NCBI GenBank assembly: GCA_965248055.1
Contig: CBDFIJ010000004.1
Location: 160,001-224,000 of the forward strand
Length of the DNA: 64,000 nucleotides
Direction of reading: 5' to 3'
Source of the DNA: Candidatus Multivoradales bacterium
GTDB lineage: Bacteria > Acidobacteriota > Thermoanaerobaculia > Multivoradales > JAHEKO01
The notes beneath the pieces were generated by a model. The model saw only the letters and a program-made list of their open reading frames with translations, was not told the DNA's origin and did not search any database. Below, one piece after another: positions 59,570 to 64,000 of this stretch. Positions within the stretch are counted from its first letter, which is position 1. Every line of letters starts with the position of its first letter. The position numbers were made by a program, and so were the translations under genes.

Positions 59570-61609
59570 CTAGTCCGCTGGTTCGGACTCCCGAGCTGCC
59601 TTCCAAGGAACCCGAATCAGTACCCAGGCGACCAGGGCAAAGATTCCCAAACCGAGCCAGACGCCCAGCGATCCATCCGCCAGGCTCGGTGCGTCAGCGC
59701 CCAGGATCCACTGTGACAAAGGGGCAATCCCGGTCAGCACCAGCACCGCAATCAACACCCCGGTCAGCGCTTCGCCGGCGATCAGACCACTGGCGAGCAA
59801 GATCCCGGCGTTGTCAAATCGCAGCTGTCCCTTTTGCTCCAGCCGAGGCTTGACCCAGTTGTCGGCGATCCCTTTCATCATGCCACCGACAAAAATCGCC
59901 GCGGTGGTATCCAGATGCAAATACATACCAACCGCGATCAACATCGGCGCTGGAGCGCGCAGCAAGATCAAGCCGACTGCTAGGCCTGCGCCAATCAGGA
60001 TCAAGCCCCAAGGCATTTCACCACCGACGATCCCGGTCGCCAATTGCGCCATCAGGCCGGCCTGCGGCGCAGCCAAGTCGGCGTCACCGATGCCAATACC
60101 ACCGGTAGCAATATTGGCGTTGTGCAGCGCCGCGATGGGAAACACCAAGACAAAAGACACCACAATGGTGCTGATGATTTCGGCGATCTCCATTTTCCGT
60201 GGGGTACCACCTACCAACTGCCCAACCTTGAGATCCTGGATCATGTCGCCGGCCATTGACGATGCGCAGCAGACTACGGCGGACACCGCGAGCACCGCTC
60301 CAACACCGGGGAGCCCGGTGACCCCGATCGCCACCATCACCAAAGCGGCAACGATCAACGTCGACAGAGTGAGCCCAGAAATCGGCTGATTCGAGCCACC
60401 GACCAAGCCCACCAACCAACCGCCAACCGCGGAGAACAGAAACCCGGTGATGGTCATGATCACCGCTGCGATCAAGGCGCCGAATAGATTCTGGGTGAAG
60501 TAGTAGTAGACCAGGGTGATCGGAACGACCAGCAACATGGCCGCGATCAAGGTTCCACGCAGACTTAAATCCAGTTCCAGACGCGACACCTCAAGCGCGC
60601 CAGTCGACGACGCCGGGCGTTTCAGGGCACCGCCCAGAGCTTTCATCAACGATCCGCGCAAACCCCACAGGGTATGAATCGCACCCACCAGCATTGCCCC
60701 GACGGCGATCGGTCGCACGTTGTTGTACCAAACGGTATAGGCCAGATCGCCCCATTCCGGACGACCGGAGGCGCTCAATTGCTCCGCCATTTCAGGGTTG
60801 AGAAACAAGGCCAGGGGAATCAACACCACCCAGGCGAAGACGCCACCGGCAAAGTTGATCGAGGCCAGCCGAGGGCCGATGATGTAACCCACTGCCATCA
60901 AGGCCGGCGAGGCGGCTGGCGACGACAACGCGACGCCACCGCCGTGGGTGATGCTGCCCATCGCTTCGCGCGACGGGAAAAAGTGATGCACCACCGACTT
61001 GGGGAAGGCAAAGAACCCTTCGAAGCTCTCGCGAGCCAATCCCAAGGCACTGCTGTTTTTAAACATCTCGACCAGCACACCAAGGCCGAGGGCGCCAAAT
61101 ACGTACTTGGCCCCGCTCTCTCCCTTCTGCCCGGCTTTGACGATTTCGTAGCAAGCATAGGACTCCGGGAAAGGCAGCTCCGCATCCACGACCAAAGTAC
61201 GCCGCAACAGGATGACGAACAAAATACCTAGCAAGCCACCGATCAACAAGATGATCGAGGTTTCCCAGTAGTTGAAGTGGGTCCACAATCGCTGTCCACC
61301 CACCTCCACCATGACAAAGGCGGGAATGGTAAAAATCGCCCCGGCGACCAGCGCCTCCCCGACACTTGCCGTGGTCCGGGCAATGTTCTGCTCCAGCACG
61401 TTGCCGCGGAAAAAGGGCAAACGGAACGCGGCGATCGCAATCACCGCTGCCGGAAAGGTGGCGGAAATCGTCATCCCCGCGCGCAAGCCCAAATAGGCAT
61501 TCGCAGCTCCCAGCACCACCGCCATGATGATCCCCAAGAACATCGCCTTGAAGGTCAACTCGGGCATGTTGCTTTCAGCGGATACGTACGGTTTTTCTTG
61601 CTTCGCCAT
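59570..61609 (-). CDS. OPT family oligopeptide transporter
   Basis: ELT..AANAYLGLRAG, LPFPES, SNQPISG, QDLKVG, APQAGLM, ASGLIAGEAL. Confidence 0.95.
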   Translation of the reverse strand: MAKQEKPYVSAESNMPELTFKAMFLGIIMAVVLGAANAYLGLRAGMTISATFPAAVIAIAAFRLPFFRGNVLEQNIARTTASVGEALVAGAIFTIPAFVMVEVGGQRLWTHFNYWETSIILLIGGLLGILFVILLRRTLVVDAELPFPESYACYEIVKAGQKGESGAKYVFGALGLGVLVEMFKNSSALGLARESFEGFFAFPKSVVHHFFPSREAMGSITHGGGVALSSPAASPALMAVGYIIGPRLASINFAGGVFAWVVLIPLALFLNPEMAEQLSASGRPEWGDLAYTVWYNNVRPIAVGAMLVGAIHTLWGLRGSLMKALGGALKRPASSTGALEVSRLELDLSLRGTLIAAMLLVVPITLVYYYFTQNLFGALIAAVIMTITGFLFSAVGGWLVGLVGGSNQPISGLTLSTLIVAALVMVAIGVTGLPGVGAVLAVSAVVCCASSMAGDMIQDLKVGQLVGGTPRKMEIAEIISTIVVSFVLVFPIAALHNANIATGGIGIGDADLAAPQAGLMAQLATGIVGGEMPWGLILIGAGLAVGLILLRAPAPMLIAVGMYLHLDTTAAIFVGGMMKGIADNWVKPRLEQKGQLRFDNAGILLASGLIAGEALTGVLIAVLVLTGIAPLSQWILGADAPSLADGSLGVWLGLGIFALVAWVLIRVPWKAARESEPAD

Positions 61610-61796
61610 CGCGTCCTCCGTGGTCGACCTGCGACCGAATCGCCCGACTGTACAACGGAGCCCCGTCTGAGCGCGATCTGTGCGCCACCACGACCCGGAA
61701 TCTGTGCTTGCTCACCAGATACAGCACAGCTATGCTTCGCAGCCCTGATGTCGTTCTAGACACTGGTTTCCGACACTGGTTCTGACAATAGGGGTT

Positions 61797-61873
61797 CGGG
61801 GCGTAGCTCAGCTTGGTAGAGCGCACGGTTCGGGGCCGTGAGGCCGGAGGTTCGAATCCTCTCGCCCCGACCA
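61797..61873 (+). tRNA. tRNA-Pro (anticodon CGG)
   Basis: 77-nt cloverleaf CGGGGCG...CGCCCCG-ACCA; anticodon arm CACGG-TTCGGGG-CCGTG; GGTTCGAATCC T-arm. Confidence 0.97.
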
Positions 61874-61963
61874 TTCCCGCCAAATCAATCTTTCTCCAAA
61901 GGCTAGCGTGGCCACGCGTTAGAATTGAACTGCGCAGTGCCACTTGGACCGCTCCGATAATCT

Positions 61964-63766
61964 ATGTCTATCCACACGCTAAACGAGCTATTTTTCCACG
62001 CCCTCGATCTGGACTGCGATGAATGCTTGTTGCAGCCAACAGACCAGGGCTATCAACCGGTGTCTTCTGCGCAGATCGGGCGCCGAGTGATGCGACTGGA
62101 GGCGACGATGCAGTCCACCGGGATTGCTCGCGGTGACCGCGTCGCGCTGATGGCCGACAACGGAGTCCACTGGCCAACTGTCGATTTCGCGACCTTGGCG
62201 CACGGGTCGGTGCTGGTACCGGTCTACCCCACCCTCACCGCTGAACAAGCGGCATTCATCATCAATGACTGTGGCGCCAAACTGGTGATCGTGCAGGGGG
62301 TAGAGCGGCTACAAGGCTTGCTCGAACTGGCAGCAGAAATGCCACAGGTCGAACAATGGGTCGCCATCGGTGAGTCGGTGGGAGAAATTCCGACACTCAA
62401 AGAGTATTCAACCGTCGAATTTGACGCTCAAGAGTTTCGCCAGCGCGCCGAGCGCGTCAGCCCGGACGATCTTGCAACGTTTATCTATACCAGTGGCACC
62501 ACTGGCCGCCCCAAGGGAGTGATGCTGAGTCATGGCAACCTGGCTTCCAACGTGGTCGCCGGCCAAGAGTGCTTAACCCTGGGCAGCGAGTTCGTCGCCC
62601 TATCTTTCTTGCCGTTGTCGCACTCATTTGAAAGAACGGTTGACTACATCTATTTCTACCTCGGCATCACTATCGCCTACGCCGAGTCGGTACACACCGT
62701 GGCGCGAGACCTCTCCCTGGTCAATCCACACGTGTTCGTCTCAGTGCCCCGGGTCTACGAAAAAGTGCTCGCCAAAGTCCACGAGAGCGTCGCCGCTGCC
62801 GGAGGTTTGCGCGAGAAGTTCTTCCATTGGGCAGTCGGAGTGGGGCGCGAAGCACTCCCCTACCGCCTGAGTCGAACCTCGCCGACCGGTTTGCTCAAGC
62901 TCAAATTGGCGCTCGCGGATCGCCTAGTTTTCTCCAAAATTCGGGCGCGCTTGGGCAGTCGGTTTTCGCGTGCCGTTTCGGGGGGAGCCCCTTTGGCTGA
63001 GGACGTGGCCGCGTTCTTCTGGGGAGCCGGGATCGAAATCTATGAAGGGTACGGTCTATCAGAGACCTCCCCGGTGTTGTGCGTCAATCGATTGGCAGCC
63101 GCCCGTATCGGTACTGTCGGTCCTGCGATCCCAGGCGTCGAGTTAAAGATCGCCGAAGACGGCGAAATCCTCGCCCGCGGACCCAACATCATGCGTGGCT
63201 ACTTCAACCTGCCAAAACAAACCGCAGAGTGCTTCACCGAAGATGGCTGGTTTCGTAGCGGCGACATCGGCCAGATCGACGAAGATGGGTACCTCAAGAT
63301 TACCGGTCGCAAGAAAGAAATTCTGGTCAACGCCTACGGCAAAAACATTGCGCCCTCACCGATCGAGAACGCTCTCAAGGCCAACCCTATGATCGAGCAC
63401 GCGGTGGTTCTGGGCGACCGCCAGAAATATCTCGCCGCGATCCTAGTTCCAGACGCCGACAATCTGGTTGCTTGGGCAACCAAGCAAGGGGTCGCCGGAG
63501 CAACTGTAGAGCGCCTTGTGCTCGACCCAGCGGTCCGGCAAAAGGTCGCCGAGCACGTCGATTCGGTCAACGCCGACCTTGCTCGTTACCAAAACATTCG
63601 TAAGTGGGAACTGGTGCCTGCCGAGTTCTCCATCGACGGCGGAGAATTGACCCCGACCCAAAAGGTCAAACGCCGCGTCATTGCGGAAAAGTACCATGCG
63701 GTGATCGACCGACTTTATGATGATGGCGAGCCTGAGATACGGCCCACCGATGAGGAGAAACCGTGA
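61964..63766 (+). CDS. fadD: long-chain fatty acid--CoA ligase
   Basis: YTSGTTGRPKG, FLPLSHSFER, EGYGLSE, SGDIG, GELTPTQK. Confidence 0.93.
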   Translation: MSIHTLNELFFHALDLDCDECLLQPTDQGYQPVSSAQIGRRVMRLEATMQSTGIARGDRVALMADNGVHWPTVDFATLAHGSVLVPVYPTLTAEQAAFIINDCGAKLVIVQGVERLQGLLELAAEMPQVEQWVAIGESVGEIPTLKEYSTVEFDAQEFRQRAERVSPDDLATFIYTSGTTGRPKGVMLSHGNLASNVVAGQECLTLGSEFVALSFLPLSHSFERTVDYIYFYLGITIAYAESVHTVARDLSLVNPHVFVSVPRVYEKVLAKVHESVAAAGGLREKFFHWAVGVGREALPYRLSRTSPTGLLKLKLALADRLVFSKIRARLGSRFSRAVSGGAPLAEDVAAFFWGAGIEIYEGYGLSETSPVLCVNRLAAARIGTVGPAIPGVELKIAEDGEILARGPNIMRGYFNLPKQTAECFTEDGWFRSGDIGQIDEDGYLKITGRKKEILVNAYGKNIAPSPIENALKANPMIEHAVVLGDRQKYLAAILVPDADNLVAWATKQGVAGATVERLVLDPAVRQKVAEHVDSVNADLARYQNIRKWELVPAEFSIDGGELTPTQKVKRRVIAEKYHAVIDRLYDDGEPEIRPTDEEKP

Positions 63767-64000
63767 CGTCTTCAGCCTTCCGACTGGCGGTCAACGACAA
63801 CCGAGTTGCCACTCTGCAATTTGATCTACCCGACAGCCCAGTCAACATCTTCAATCAAAACGTCCTCACCGAACTCGACCAGTTGGTTCGCCATCTCAGC
63901 GAGCGCAACGACATTGGCTGTTTAGTCCTACTGTCGGCCAAGCCCAAGGTGTTTATCGCTGGCGCCGACGTCAACGGAATCGCCCAGGTCCGCGAAGCCG
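63763..64000 (+). CDS. FadJ/FadB-type enoyl-CoA hydratase / 3-hydroxyacyl-CoA dehydrogenase, N-terminus (runs off the right edge)
   Basis: Manual translation MTSSAFRL...FDLPDSPVNIF...SAKPKVFIAGADV; GTGA overlap with fadD. Confidence 0.85.
   Translation, partial: MTSSAFRLAVNDNRVATLQFDLPDSPVNIFNQNVLTELDQLVRHLSERNDIGCLVLLSAKPKVFIAGADVNGIAQVREA

Noticed and set aside
61575-61943. 122-aa minus-strand ORF (MVGARGFEPPAS...)
   Set aside because: Typical antisense translation of a tRNA gene.
61797-61963. tRNA-Pro as an integration site
   Set aside because: No integrase nearby, and I found no duplicated tRNA 3' end; housekeeping genes flank it.
1-64000. Genome-wide UGA reassignment (code 4 or 25)
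   Set aside because: prfB is intact with its UGA-dependent frameshift, many genes end at TGA at the expected length, and long housekeeping genes have no internal TGA.

Overview
A GC-rich bacterial chromosome segment, probably Acidobacteriota (inferred from the YF..F...RG..L.S.D....W...GIPL...LPRLSLF protein after coaX and from gene order). It is mostly housekeeping genes: comEC (partial), coaX-birA-valS, two acyl-CoA dehydrogenases, an NtrX-like regulator, degP, the rimP leader-rimP-nusA-infB-rbfA-nrnA-truB-rpsO-pnp block, metG, hslO, lpdA, fbaB, frameshifted prfB, lnt, a cysteine synthase/CBS-family gene, two transporters, tRNA-Pro(CGG), fadD and a partial fadJ/fadB. An accessory stretch (~29.1-42.9 kb) holds an IS3 remnant, an S8 protease next to a large CxxCH protein, an ABC exporter, an IS256 and a Cys-rich repeat protein. 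The main finding is the type I GAPDH at 28055-29080 (-). The ORF track splits it in two, but it is one reading frame with an in-frame TGA exactly at the catalytic cysteine (SNAS-TGA-TTNCLAP). A SECIS-like hairpin follows the TGA, and the gene lies just upstream of the redox chaperone Hsp33, so it is a candidate natural seleno-GAPDH. No Sec machinery is visible in the window. A second in-frame TGA at a probable Trp codon (37507-37509) shows that a nonsense mutation or base error cannot be excluded.
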